This document shows, one piece after another, positions 9,586 to 18,833 of a DNA stretch of 64,000 nucleotides; position 1 is the first letter of the stretch, and every line of letters begins with the position of its first letter. A program made the position numbers and the translations under genes. The notes under the pieces were generated by a model. It saw only the letters and a program-made list of their open reading frames with translations. It was not told where the DNA came from and did not search any database. Source of the stretch: Alphaproteobacteria bacterium (GTDB taxonomy: Bacteria > Pseudomonadota > Alphaproteobacteria > JAJTHO01 > CANGYM01); NCBI GenBank assembly GCA_044375675.1, contig JBILMD010000002.1, positions 105,104 to 169,103 on the forward strand. Reading direction: 5' to 3'.

Positions 9586-10395
9586 TTACAGAGACACTAT
9601 AACACAGCGATCCCGATTTTCCAAATCTTTTTCTATGCCGTGGATTTTTAAGCCATTTTTTTGGGCGATGAGGCCCACGGCCCCAGATTGTGTTGCCCCA
9701 ATTTCTAAAAAGGCTTTGCCTGTGGGGGCCAACAAAGATTTGAGTTGAGGCATCAAGACCCTATAAGGCCCAAGGCCATCCGGCCCCCCATCCAGCGCCA
9801 TCCAAGGGTCAAACACACGAACGGCAACCTTCAGCGTTTCGCACACCTTTGTGGGAATATAGGGGGGATTGCTGATGATGATATCAAAGGGGCCTTTTAG
9901 ACTTTCGCCCCAGTTTCCCTGAATCCAGTGGGGAAAACGCCCAAGATTTTCCCCATTGTTTTTGGCCACCCCCAGCGCGGCAGACGAAAGGTCCACCCCC
10001 ACACCGCAGGCATTCTGATATTCCCCCATCAGGGACAACAGCAGGCACCCACTGCCCGTGCCCAAATCCAAAAGATGATAGGGGGCGTTTTGATCGGGGT
10101 AATGGTTTAAAACCGCCGTAATCAGAGTTTCAGAATCGGGGCGGGGGTCCAAAACGTCCGCAGTGGTGATAAAATCATCCTTCCAAAAGGATCTTTGGCC
10201 CAGAATTTTGGTGATGGGCTCGCCCATATCCAGACGCCTTTTCAGGGCGTGAAAGCGTTCTGCCTGAGGGGGCGTTAAACAATAATCAGGGTTTTGCAGG
10301 CACCACAGGCGAGAGCGGTCCAAACTGTGGGCCAGCAAACGGCAAAGGGCAGGGCCCCGAATATCACGGACACGGATCTGGTCAACGGCGTTCAT
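9586..10395 (-). CDS. prmC: Release factor glutamine methyltransferase (HemK/PrmC)
   Basis: NPPY catalytic motif (IISNPPYI) and SAM motif I LDLGTGSGC. Confidence 0.85.
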   Translation of the reverse strand: MNAVDQIRVRDIRGPALCRLLAHSLDRSRLWCLQNPDYCLTPPQAERFHALKRRLDMGEPITKILGQRSFWKDDFITTADVLDPRPDSETLITAVLNHYPDQNAPYHLLDLGTGSGCLLLSLMGEYQNACGVGVDLSSAALGVAKNNGENLGRFPHWIQGNWGESLKGPFDIIISNPPYIPTKVCETLKVAVRVFDPWMALDGGPDGLGPYRVLMPQLKSLLAPTGKAFLEIGATQSGAVGLIAQKNGLKIHGIEKDLENRDRCVIVSL

Positions 10396-10433
10396 ATGAC
10401 GTATAAAGGGATAACTAAAGACAATGACCGGAT

Positions 10434-11009
10434 GTGGATTCTATCATGTTTATCCAAACCCAAGATACCCCCAATGCGAATACCATGGCCTTTTTTCCAG
10501 GCCGGATCATCCTTGAAAAGGGGACGCGTGATTTTAAACAGGCTGCGGATTGCCAGCATGCGCCGCTGGCCCGTCGTGTGTTGGGGATCGAGGGTGTGGC
10601 GGGGGTCATGTATGGCTTTGATTTTATTTCTGTCACTAAGGCAGATGATCAGGATTGGGCGTACTTAAAGCCGCTGGTGCTCTCTGGCATGGTGGATCAT
10701 TTTTTGGCCGGATTGCTGGTTTTGGAGGGTGATGGGGATGAGCCCCAAGAATCCGATGCCAATGACAGCAGCATTGTCAAAGAAATCAAGCATCTGCTGG
10801 ATACCCGCGTGCGGCCCTCTGTGGCGCAGGACGGGGGGGATATTTTGTTTGATCGGTTTGATGTGGAAACGGGCGTTCTGTTTTTGCATTTGCGGGGGGC
10901 CTGTTCCGGGTGTCCCAGTTCCAGCATGACCCTGAAATCAGGCATTGAAAACATGATGCGGTATTATATTCCTGAGGTTTTGGAAGTCCGCGCGGCCTCT
11001 GACCTGTAA
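10434..11009 (+). CDS. NifU family Fe-S cluster assembly protein (Nfu_N plus NifU C-terminal domain)
   Basis: N-terminal MFIQTQDTPNANTMAFFPG (Nfu_N) and C-terminal CSGC thioredoxin-like NifU domain. Confidence 0.8.
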   Translation: MDSIMFIQTQDTPNANTMAFFPGRIILEKGTRDFKQAADCQHAPLARRVLGIEGVAGVMYGFDFISVTKADDQDWAYLKPLVLSGMVDHFLAGLLVLEGDGDEPQESDANDSSIVKEIKHLLDTRVRPSVAQDGGDILFDRFDVETGVLFLHLRGACSGCPSSSMTLKSGIENMMRYYIPEVLEVRAASDL

Positions 11010-11033
11010 CCCCTATCCCTCAAAGGATTTTTT

Positions 11034-11633
11034 ATGGCTTTGTCTGTTCCCTTGTCCGATGATGTTTTGGATCATCTGTTTTACAAAGCCCGCTCTCTCG
11101 TGGACTGGCAAGACAAACCTGTGTCTTTGGAAACGCTGAAAACCCTGTATGATTTGGTGAAAATGGGCCCCACCAGTGCCAACAGTTGCCCCCTGCGGAT
11201 TCTGTTTTTAACCACAGAGGCGGCGAAACAGCGGTTGTTGCCCCACCTGCACGAAGGCAACGTTCACCAGACAAAAACCGCCCCTGTTGTGGCCTTGCTG
11301 GCCAATGATATGGATTTTCCCCAGCATTTCCCCGCCCTGTTTCCCGTGGCCCAAGCATGGTTTCAGGGCAATGCCCCTTTGATTGAGGAAACGGCCATGC
11401 GCAATGCCTCCATGCAGGGGGGGTATTTCATTATGGCGGCCCGCGCTCTGGGACTGGACTGCGGCCCCATTTCGGGGTTTGATGCCGAGGGTGTGAACCG
11501 TGACTTTTTTTCCGAAACTCCCTACACGTCTTGGAAAATCAATTTTTTATGCAACATCGGCTACGGCGATGCCCGCACACTCAAGCCCCGCTTGCCAAGG
11601 CTGCCGTTTGAAACGGCGTGCCTTGTGGTGTAG
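11034..11633 (+). CDS. Nitroreductase-family protein (RutE/malonic semialdehyde reductase-like)
   Basis: 199 aa with the RutE-like N-terminus (LDHLFYKARSLVDW...LKTLYDLVKMGPTSANSCP). Confidence 0.7.
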   Translation: MALSVPLSDDVLDHLFYKARSLVDWQDKPVSLETLKTLYDLVKMGPTSANSCPLRILFLTTEAAKQRLLPHLHEGNVHQTKTAPVVALLANDMDFPQHFPALFPVAQAWFQGNAPLIEETAMRNASMQGGYFIMAARALGLDCGPISGFDAEGVNRDFFSETPYTSWKINFLCNIGYGDARTLKPRLPRLPFETACLVV

Positions 11634-11721
11634 GGGGGTGTGGCCTTGGTCTTGGTTATTTCCCTTTTAATATTTTTATTGTATTGTTTAGCATTGAGTA
11701 AAAAAATCGGAAAATATCCCT

Positions 11722-12036
11722 ATGATCATCACAAACCTTGAATATGTGCCTAACCGAGACATCATTGAACATTATGGCTTAGTGAACGGCAGTTCTGTGC
11801 GTTCAAAGCACGTTGGGCGAGATTTGATTGCAGATTTTAAAAATATGTTTGGCGGTGAACTTAGGGGTTATACAGAGTTGTTGGAAGAAACACGCCAAGA
11901 AGCCTTAGAGCGTATGAGAAAACAGGCTGAAAATGTAGGTGCGAATGCCATTTTAAATGTGCGTCTTTCAACATCGTCTGTGGCATCCGGTGCAGCGGAA
12001 ATTTATGTATATGGGACAGCGGTAAGGATTGCATAG
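11722..12036 (+). CDS. YbjQ/UPF0145 (DUF74) family protein, soluble paralogue
   Basis: 104-aa protein with the YbjQ-family pattern (GLV...R...IADFKNMFGGE..YTELLEETRQEALERMRKQAENVGANAILNVRL). First gene of a low-GC island. Confidence 0.75.
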   Translation: MIITNLEYVPNRDIIEHYGLVNGSSVRSKHVGRDLIADFKNMFGGELRGYTELLEETRQEALERMRKQAENVGANAILNVRLSTSSVASGAAEIYVYGTAVRIA

Positions 12037-12499
12037 TATGGTCGATATAATGCTTGAGCATCTCGATTGGGTCGTTGGGGGCGCTTTACTGATTTTTACC
12101 GCTTTTTCTGGGAAAATCCTTGAAAATAAGCATTTCAAGGATTTGCTGGAAAGAGAAGCTGTTGCCCCAAAAATTCCCCTTGTGAATACGAAAGAAAAAA
12201 ACCTTTCCTTTGCATCTAATACACGCGCCGAGTTGGTGATTGGTAGCGTGGTGTTATCCTCTGATTTTTTCCGCTCTACTCTTGCCAGTTTCGTGGATAT
12301 TTTTGGAGGTCGTGTAGGAGTGTTAGAGAATTTAATGGATAGAGGCCGCCGAGAAGCCCTTCTTCGTGTACAAGAAAAAGCACGGGGCGCATCCCACCTC
12401 TTAAACGTGCGTTATACAACGGCAACATTAACTGATCCGAATAGAGGAGGTGTTCCTAAGGTTGAGGTTGTTGTTTATGCAACAGCCGTATACCCCTAA
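12029..12499 (+). CDS. YbjQ/UPF0145-like domain protein with N-terminal transmembrane anchor
   Basis: N-terminal hydrophobic helix (WVVGGALLIFTAF) followed by a second YbjQ-like domain (FVDIFGGRVGVLENL...EALLRVQEKARGASHLLNVRY). Overlaps the upstream gene by 8 nt, suggesting translational coupling. Confidence 0.6.
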   Translation: MHSMVDIMLEHLDWVVGGALLIFTAFSGKILENKHFKDLLEREAVAPKIPLVNTKEKNLSFASNTRAELVIGSVVLSSDFFRSTLASFVDIFGGRVGVLENLMDRGRREALLRVQEKARGASHLLNVRYTTATLTDPNRGGVPKVEVVVYATAVYP

Positions 12500-12517
12500 A
12501 GTACTCCTCTTGAAGCC

Positions 12518-13294
12518 ATGAAGTTTAAACATAAAACGTTTGATCATCAGGTTAATCATAGCACTGAACGTGAATGGGTAATTTTTGTCAGGGGGGGGCT
12601 GGGGTTAATCATTCTTGTGGTTATCACGTTAATCACCATCACATTGATTGTCCATCTTGGTGTGCAACATTTACCTAACTCAGTTGAAAGCTTTATATGG
12701 CGCCATTTGCAAACAATGGATTTTCAGGAATCTCCTATCGCAACCGAATCGTATCCGGTTGTACAGCGTGTTTTCGCTTCTTTGCCTAAACCAGATATAC
12801 CGCCTTATCTCACGCTAAAAGTTGCAGTGATGAAGGAAATAGACAGCAATGCCTTTGCTTATCCTAATGGTACCATTGTGATTTTTGAGGGATTGCTAAA
12901 GACAATAAAAAGTGAAAATGCTCTTGCTTTTGTGCTCGCCCATGAAGTGGGGCATTATGCACATCGGGATCATTTTAAGACGATGCTTGAATTGGGCCTT
13001 TATAGCATTTTAAGCTCTATAGTCGACGGTATGATGACTATCCCCAGCACGGCAGTGCAGGCACGTTTCTCCCAAAATACAGAAACTGCAGCCGATCTGT
13101 ACGCACTTGACGTGCTTTATAAGCGGTATGGTCATGTGGGCGGTGCAACCGAATTTTTTTCGACCATTCACCATAACGATTTCGAGGGGCTTGCGCTGTT
13201 TGCATCACATCCTTTAAGCAAAAAACGGATCGAAGTCTTGCGTGCGCGTATCAAAGAGAAACAGTTCCCTGAAAAGGCGACGATTCTCTTATAG
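12518..13294 (+). CDS. M48-family zinc metallopeptidase (membrane)
   Basis: HEVGH zinc-binding motif (VLAHEVGHYAHRDH) and N-terminal TM segment. Low GC. Contains a G8 homopolymer at 12591-12598. Confidence 0.75.
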   Translation: MKFKHKTFDHQVNHSTEREWVIFVRGGLGLIILVVITLITITLIVHLGVQHLPNSVESFIWRHLQTMDFQESPIATESYPVVQRVFASLPKPDIPPYLTLKVAVMKEIDSNAFAYPNGTIVIFEGLLKTIKSENALAFVLAHEVGHYAHRDHFKTMLELGLYSILSSIVDGMMTIPSTAVQARFSQNTETAADLYALDVLYKRYGHVGGATEFFSTIHHNDFEGLALFASHPLSKKRIEVLRARIKEKQFPEKATILL

Positions 13295-13320
13295 GGTGTA
13301 TGTCTTCTCCACAGGGAATC

Positions 13321-14298
13321 CTAACCCGCCTCATGATGGCGCAGCAGTTCGGCTTTGCGTAGGGTGTTGTGGTCTGTGGTCAGGCGGCGGACGGTTCCTG
13401 TTTTGGATCGCATGATGATGGAATGGGTTCTGACGCCGCCGGCAATACGCTTAACACCCGTCAGCAGGGGGCCATCGGTGACCCCTGTGGCGGCAAACAT
13501 CACATCATCGCTGGGCACCAGATCACGCAGGCTGTACACACGATCAAAATCCTTAACCCCCCACCGCAGGGCGCGTTGTTTTTCATCGTCATTGCGAAAC
13601 AAAAGGCGGCCTTGGATGGTGCCCCCTAAACAGGACAGGGCGGCGGCGGCCAAAACCCCCTCAGGCGCACCCCCTGTGCCTATGTAAACGTCGATGGAGC
13701 TTTCGGGTTGCGCCGTGGCAATCACCGCGCTGACATCCCCATCCTGAATCAGGATGATGCGGCATCCCAGCGCCCGAACTTGGGCGATTTGCTCGGCATG
13801 GCGGGGGCGATTCAGCAGACACACCACCAAATCTTGGAGGGGAACGCCCTTGGCATCCGCCACGTTGTTCAGGTTGGTGGCGAGGCTGTTTTTCAAAGAC
13901 AAAGCCTCGGCCGGCACATCGGGGCCTGCGGCCAATTTTTCCATATACACATCCGGCGCCGCCAAAAAGCCCCCCTGGGGCGCCAGCGCAATGACGGTCA
14001 TGGCGTTAAAATTGCCCTGGGCGGTTAGGGTTGTGCCCTCCAGCGGATCCAGCGCAATGTCCACGGATGTGCCGCCCAAGCCCACCTTTTCCCCGATATA
14101 CAGCATGGGGGCTTCGTCGCGTTCGCCTTCCCCGATGACCACCGTGCCATCAATGGGCATGGTGTTCAGGGCGGCGCGCATGGCCGCCACGGCGGCAGCA
14201 TCAGCGGCCTTTTCATCCCCGCGGCCAATCCATCTGGCGGAGGCTAAGGCGGCGTACTCTGTGGCCCTGACGGGCTCGAGGGTTAAAAAACGATCCAT
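13321..14298 (-). CDS. glpX: Fructose-1,6-bisphosphatase class II
   Basis: 325 aa with GlpX-type motifs (IGEGERDEAPMLYIGE, DPLEGTT, GTGGAPEGV). Confidence 0.9.
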   Translation of the reverse strand: MDRFLTLEPVRATEYAALASARWIGRGDEKAADAAAVAAMRAALNTMPIDGTVVIGEGERDEAPMLYIGEKVGLGGTSVDIALDPLEGTTLTAQGNFNAMTVIALAPQGGFLAAPDVYMEKLAAGPDVPAEALSLKNSLATNLNNVADAKGVPLQDLVVCLLNRPRHAEQIAQVRALGCRIILIQDGDVSAVIATAQPESSIDVYIGTGGAPEGVLAAAALSCLGGTIQGRLLFRNDDEKQRALRWGVKDFDRVYSLRDLVPSDDVMFAATGVTDGPLLTGVKRIAGGVRTHSIIMRSKTGTVRRLTTDHNTLRKAELLRHHEAG

Positions 14299-14313
14299 GA
14301 TGCGGTTCCTTTT

Positions 14314-14706
14314 TTAATGAAAAATTTTAGCAGCGTAGGGACTATCCAAAGAAAACGAGGGGATGTCCACGGTAAAAAGATTCCCGTCGATGTCCATCAT
14401 GCTGTAATAGCCCTGCATAATCCCCGAGGGGGTTTTTAAGGGGGCCCCGCTGACGTATTCAAAGCGTTCCCCCGAAGAAATAACAGGTTGTTGGCCGACA
14501 ACGCCGGCACCAGAAACCTCCTCTGTGTGTCCGGTTTCATCCACAATGCGCCAAAAGCGGTTGCATAACTTCACCGGTGATGGGCGTCCATTTTCAATGG
14601 CGATGCGGTAAAGCCAAACAAAGGTGTGTTCGTCGGGATCGGAATGCTCTTCGGAATAGGTCAAATCAACGGAAACGGTGACGTCCTCAGTGGTTTTTTG
14701 GTACAT
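14314..14706 (-). CDS. apaG: ApaG (DUF525) protein
   Basis: 130 aa with the conserved ApaG fold pattern (YRIAIENG..., GxGVVGQQPVI...G..FEY.S). Confidence 0.8.
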   Translation of the reverse strand: MYQKTTEDVTVSVDLTYSEEHSDPDEHTFVWLYRIAIENGRPSPVKLCNRFWRIVDETGHTEEVSGAGVVGQQPVISSGERFEYVSGAPLKTPSGIMQGYYSMMDIDGNLFTVDIPSFSLDSPYAAKIFH

Positions 14707-14795
14707 GAAACATCCAAAGGTTTTTTAGGAGAGGACCCACTTTATCACACAGAATGCAGACAGGGAACGATTGAAAGCGGGATCATGCCCCCATC

Positions 14796-16199
14796 TTAAA
14801 CATGAATCGGCTTGGCAAAGCAGGCAAGCGCGGCCTCTTTGACGGCTTCATTCAGGGTGGGATGGGCGTGGCAGGTTCGGGCAATGTCTTCAGAGGAGGC
14901 GCCGAATTCTATGGCCAAGGCCAGCTCGGCAATCATGGTGCCCGCATCGGGTCCCAAAATATGGGCCCCCAGCAAACGGTCATGATCCTTATGGGCCAGC
15001 AATTTGACAAAACCCACGGTGTTGCCCGTGGCCTTGGCGCGAGAGTTGGCGGCAAAAGGGAACTTTCCAACGGTGTAGGGAATGCCTTTGGCTTTCAGCT
15101 CGTCTTCGGTATAGCCCACCGTGGCAGCTTCGGGCCACGTGTACACCACACCAGGAATGGCATTGTAATTGATATGGGGTTTTTGTCCGGCCAGCCTTTC
15201 GACGCAGGCCACGCCTTCTTCTTCGGCTTTGTGGGCCAGCATGGGGCCGGCAATAACATCCCCAATGGCATAAACGTTGGGCACAGCGGTGGCAAAATGA
15301 TCATCAACAGAGATGCGCCCCCGATCATCGGTTTTTAGACCCACGGCGGAGAGATTCAGGCCGTCCGTATAGGCCCGACGTCCCACGGCAATCAGCACCA
15401 CATCCACCACCAAGCTTTCCCCAGAATCCAAGGTTATGGCGGCATTTTTCCCTGTGTTGTCTATGGCGTTCACGGCGGTTTTGGTCTTCAGGATTAGGCC
15501 CTGTTTGCTGAGAATCGTGTGCATATCTTTGCTGATATCATGATCCATGGCGGGCAAAATCCGATCCGAGGCCTCAATCACTGTGACGGTAGCCCCCAAT
15601 CGCTGCCACACACATCCCAGTTCCAGCCCAATATAGCCCCCCCCGATGACGGCCATGGTTTGGGGGACCTTGGGCAGGTTCAGGGCCCCTGTGGAGGAGA
15701 CCACAATGGTTTCATCAAAGGGGGCAAAGGGCAGGGCGATGGCCTCGGACCCTGTGGCAATCATAATGTTTTTGGCCGTTATGGGGGATTGCCCCTCAAC
15801 CGCCAAGGTGTGGGCATCAACGAACGAGGCGGCGCCCTGAACAAAGGTCACGCCATTTTTTTTTAACAAAAAGGCAATCCCTTTGGTCAAATCCCCCACA
15901 ACTTTATCCTTGCGCCCCAAAAGGGTGGGCAGGTCCAGAGTCACAGATCCCGTCTGAATACCATGGTCACTGAGGCTATGACGCGCCTCATGAAATTTTT
16001 CTGAGGATTGGAGCAAAGCTTTTGACGGAATACACCCCACATTCAAACAGGTTCCCCCCAGTGTTGGCCGTTTGTCGATACAGACAACCTTCATACCCAA
16101 CTGCGTCGCCTTAATGGCCGCCACATACCCCCCAGGGCCTGCTCCAATAATTGCCAGATCGTAATCGTAAGCCATGATACCCTCTGAAAAAACGCTCAA
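14796..16199 (-). CDS. lpdA: Dihydrolipoyl dehydrogenase (E3)
   Basis: FAD motif DLAIIGAGPGGY and redox disulfide GGTCLNVGCIPSK, plus an NAD-binding GGGYIGLE motif and C-terminal interface HAHPT. The true start is probably MAYDYD, 24 nt inside the ORF. Confidence 0.9.
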   Translation of the reverse strand: MSVFSEGIMAYDYDLAIIGAGPGGYVAAIKATQLGMKVVCIDKRPTLGGTCLNVGCIPSKALLQSSEKFHEARHSLSDHGIQTGSVTLDLPTLLGRKDKVVGDLTKGIAFLLKKNGVTFVQGAASFVDAHTLAVEGQSPITAKNIMIATGSEAIALPFAPFDETIVVSSTGALNLPKVPQTMAVIGGGYIGLELGCVWQRLGATVTVIEASDRILPAMDHDISKDMHTILSKQGLILKTKTAVNAIDNTGKNAAITLDSGESLVVDVVLIAVGRRAYTDGLNLSAVGLKTDDRGRISVDDHFATAVPNVYAIGDVIAGPMLAHKAEEEGVACVERLAGQKPHINYNAIPGVVYTWPEAATVGYTEDELKAKGIPYTVGKFPFAANSRAKATGNTVGFVKLLAHKDHDRLLGAHILGPDAGTMIAELALAIEFGASSEDIARTCHAHPTLNEAVKEAALACFAKPIHV

Positions 16200-16267
16200 A
16201 TCTTAGGGCCAGAACCCTATCAGATTTGTTTGGGTTTGCAACCGTCTAAAAAGGGCAGTGTTTTTTT

Positions 16268-16837
16268 TTAAGACACCAACGTGCAGCGTCCCACGAGGGG
16301 GGCGGAGGTTTGGCGTTTGACTTGGGTGCCCACCGTGGGCTGGCGACCCTGGGCTAGGTCATCAAGCAGGGTGATGACGGTGGTTTCCGTCAGATCCTCA
16401 TAAAAATCATCATTCACTTGCAGGACGGGGGCATTCACACAGGCCCCCAAACATTCCACACGGGACAGGGTGAAGAGGCCATCGGGGGTGGTTTCCCCCA
16501 TGCGGGCGTTCAGGTGTGTGGAAACGGCGTTTTCGATGGTCTCTGCCCCCCTCAGCCAACACGGCGTGGTGCGGCAAAATTGCAGGTGGTAACGCCCAAC
16601 AGGTTTCAGGTTGAACATGGTGTAAAAGGATGCGACCTCATACACCTTAATCTCGGGAACCTCTAGCGTTTCAGACAAAAACCGCAAAACCGGCGGGGAC
16701 AACCACCCCCCATTCTGGCGCTGGGCCAAATCCAAAAATGGCAGCAGGGCACTTTGTTTGCGATTGGCAGGATAGCGGGACAAAATCACACGGGCCGTTT
16801 CTGCATTGTCGGGCGTAAAACAAAAAGAATCCGTCAT
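16268..16837 (-). CDS. nuoE: NADH-quinone oxidoreductase subunit E-like [2Fe-2S] thioredoxin-fold protein, stand-alone
   Basis: Four Cys in NuoE spacing (QFCRTTPCWLRG...VECLGACVNAP). No nuoD or nuoF adjacent. Confidence 0.75.
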   Translation of the reverse strand: MTDSFCFTPDNAETARVILSRYPANRKQSALLPFLDLAQRQNGGWLSPPVLRFLSETLEVPEIKVYEVASFYTMFNLKPVGRYHLQFCRTTPCWLRGAETIENAVSTHLNARMGETTPDGLFTLSRVECLGACVNAPVLQVNDDFYEDLTETTVITLLDDLAQGRQPTVGTQVKRQTSAPLVGRCTLVS

Positions 16838-16989
16838 GGTGGGTGACTCTGCCTAAACTTTCCCTTCAGCTATATCAAGACGCGGGGGGTGCCTGCAATG
16901 GATTTTTGTTTTGGGTTTGTTGGGCAGTTGGGATGGTGATCCTCTGGCGTCTTTTCACGAGAGGGCACCTCTATTAAGCCCCGAGGTGT

Positions 16990-17125
16990 TAAAGTCCTAT
17001 AGTGTTTCCACTTTATTCCCGTACTGGCCTGCGAACGGCGCCTAGCGTCGCTCACCTAGATTCACTAGGCAGCGCTCCGCTAGGCTTGTTCTCGGCTTTA
17101 GTCACGAAAATAAATTGAAAACACT
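16990..17125. repeat. Mosaic dispersed repeat (modules C+B), with internal imperfect palindrome
   Basis: ctttattcccgtactggcc recurs at 20565. gcttgttctcggctttagtcacgaaaataaa recurs at 24248, and as its reverse complement at 20509. The central ggcgcctagcgtcgctc...gcagcgctccgctaggc forms a hairpin. Confidence 0.55.
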
Positions 17126-17181
17126 ATATAGAGGGGAATCCCAACCCACGAGAGGTGGTGTTGACGCGATAACAGGGACCC

Positions 17182-17970
17182 CTAAAACCGAAACCGTGCC
17201 CCGATCAGCGGGCCACTGAAATTCAAATCCTTCAATAGGGCGTTATCCTCAAATTGCCATTCTATGTAACGGTACGTAACGCCAACGTCTACAGACTGAT
17301 TGATTCGGTAGCCCACGCCGGCCATGACCTGCCAAGTTAAATCGCTGTCCCCCGTGCCGATATCAACGTAATAGGGCAAATGCCAGTTTTCATCAATGCT
17401 AACATCGCCTCTGGCCCCCACAATCCCGTCCAAAAGACCCGTGGAATCGGAAAATTCACGGCTTCGGTCATGAACACGAATATCCAATGTGGCATCCAAA
17501 TTCGCATAACGCGCCCCTGCAAAGGGTTCCAGCTGAAAACGCTCTGTTTCCAAGGCCACATAGCCGATTACAGGGGTTAACACTAAGGATTTAAGATCGA
17601 CGTTTGCACGGCCACTCAGGGTTTGATCATTGGGCAAAGCAATGTCCTTGCCATTTTCGGCCGATAAATTCAGGTAGAGGGCATCCAGCGAGGCATGCCA
17701 TTTGTTATAATAAACATGGCCCACCCCCATAAACCCAAGATCCAAATTTTCTATCAAATCAGAAAAGGCCACATCGATGTCACTGCCGCCGGAGGTTTCC
17801 CCGCCCACACCCGCCGCCCATAAATAAATATCCGCGCCAAAGCTCCATGCTTTGGCAGGGTCCGTTACAGGATTGTTCGTTTCTTCGGCCCATGCCCCAT
17901 GGGACAGGATCGCCCCGCCCAAACACGTCACAAAGAGGATATTCAAAAAACGATGGCGAAGGATTGTCAT
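17182..17970 (-). CDS. Outer-membrane beta-barrel protein (MipA/OmpV-like)
   Basis: Signal peptide (MTILRHRFLNILFVTCLGGAILSHGAWA), alternating amphipathic beta-strands and a C-terminal ...IGARFRF aromatic terminus. Confidence 0.6.
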   Translation of the reverse strand: MTILRHRFLNILFVTCLGGAILSHGAWAEETNNPVTDPAKAWSFGADIYLWAAGVGGETSGGSDIDVAFSDLIENLDLGFMGVGHVYYNKWHASLDALYLNLSAENGKDIALPNDQTLSGRANVDLKSLVLTPVIGYVALETERFQLEPFAGARYANLDATLDIRVHDRSREFSDSTGLLDGIVGARGDVSIDENWHLPYYVDIGTGDSDLTWQVMAGVGYRINQSVDVGVTYRYIEWQFEDNALLKDLNFSGPLIGARFRF

Positions 17971-18155
17971 GGCAAAGGAAATTTTAATAACGATGTTAAC
18001 CCTTAATACGATAGTCTCGCCTTTGGAGCAAGTGCCCACCGCGCGGCTTGGCGCCGCCAACGGTACCAGTCATTCTGGCGATAAGTTCTGTGTGGAAACC
18101 TGCGCGGGTCTTTGCTAAGATGATTTTATCTAAAAACCGGTTAGAGAGGGCAAGA

Positions 18156-18833
18156 ATGCGTCACATCGTACTGGATACAGAAACAACCGGTTTGGATCCG
18201 GCGCAGGGCCACCGTCTGGTGGAAATTGGCTGTGTGGAGGTTATCCATTATGTGCCAACCGGCAGGGTTTATCATCAATACATCAACCCAGAGCGGGATA
18301 TTCCCCAAGGGGCCTTTGCGGTGCATGGGTTATCAGAGTCCTTTTTAAAAAAACACCCCCCGTTTCGGGAGATTTCTGAGGATTTTCTGGCGTTTGTGGG
18401 GCAGGATCCTTTGGTGATTCATAATGCCAAGTTTGATATGCGTTTTTTGAATGCAGAACTTTCAAGCCATGGCTTAACCCCCTTGCCCATGGAGCGTGCC
18501 ATTGACACCGTGACCTTGGCGCGAAAAAAATTTCCCGGGGGCCGCGCCAGTTTGGATGCCCTCTGTCAACGCTTTGGGATTGATCTTTCGAAACGTGAAA
18601 AACACGGGGCCCTGCTGGATGCCGAGCTGTTGGCGGATGTGTATTTAGAGCTGATGGGGGGGCGCCAACCAGGCTTTGGCATGGCCGCAGAATCGTCCGC
18701 AAAAACGCAAGAGGGGCTTTCATCGGGGATTACGGCAGAGCGCCCCTTAAGGCCGGCGCGTCTTTTCAGCCCCACCGAGGTCGAGAAAGAGCGTCATGTT
18801 CCCTTTATTCAAAATCTGCGGGGGGCTGCCTGA
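18156..18833 (+). CDS. dnaQ: DNA polymerase III subunit epsilon (3'-5' exonuclease)
   Basis: Exo I motif VLDTETTG, Exo II HNAKFDMRFL and Exo III HGALLDAELLADVY. Confidence 0.9.
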   Translation: MRHIVLDTETTGLDPAQGHRLVEIGCVEVIHYVPTGRVYHQYINPERDIPQGAFAVHGLSESFLKKHPPFREISEDFLAFVGQDPLVIHNAKFDMRFLNAELSSHGLTPLPMERAIDTVTLARKKFPGGRASLDALCQRFGIDLSKREKHGALLDAELLADVYLELMGGRQPGFGMAAESSAKTQEGLSSGITAERPLRPARLFSPTEVEKERHVPFIQNLRGAA

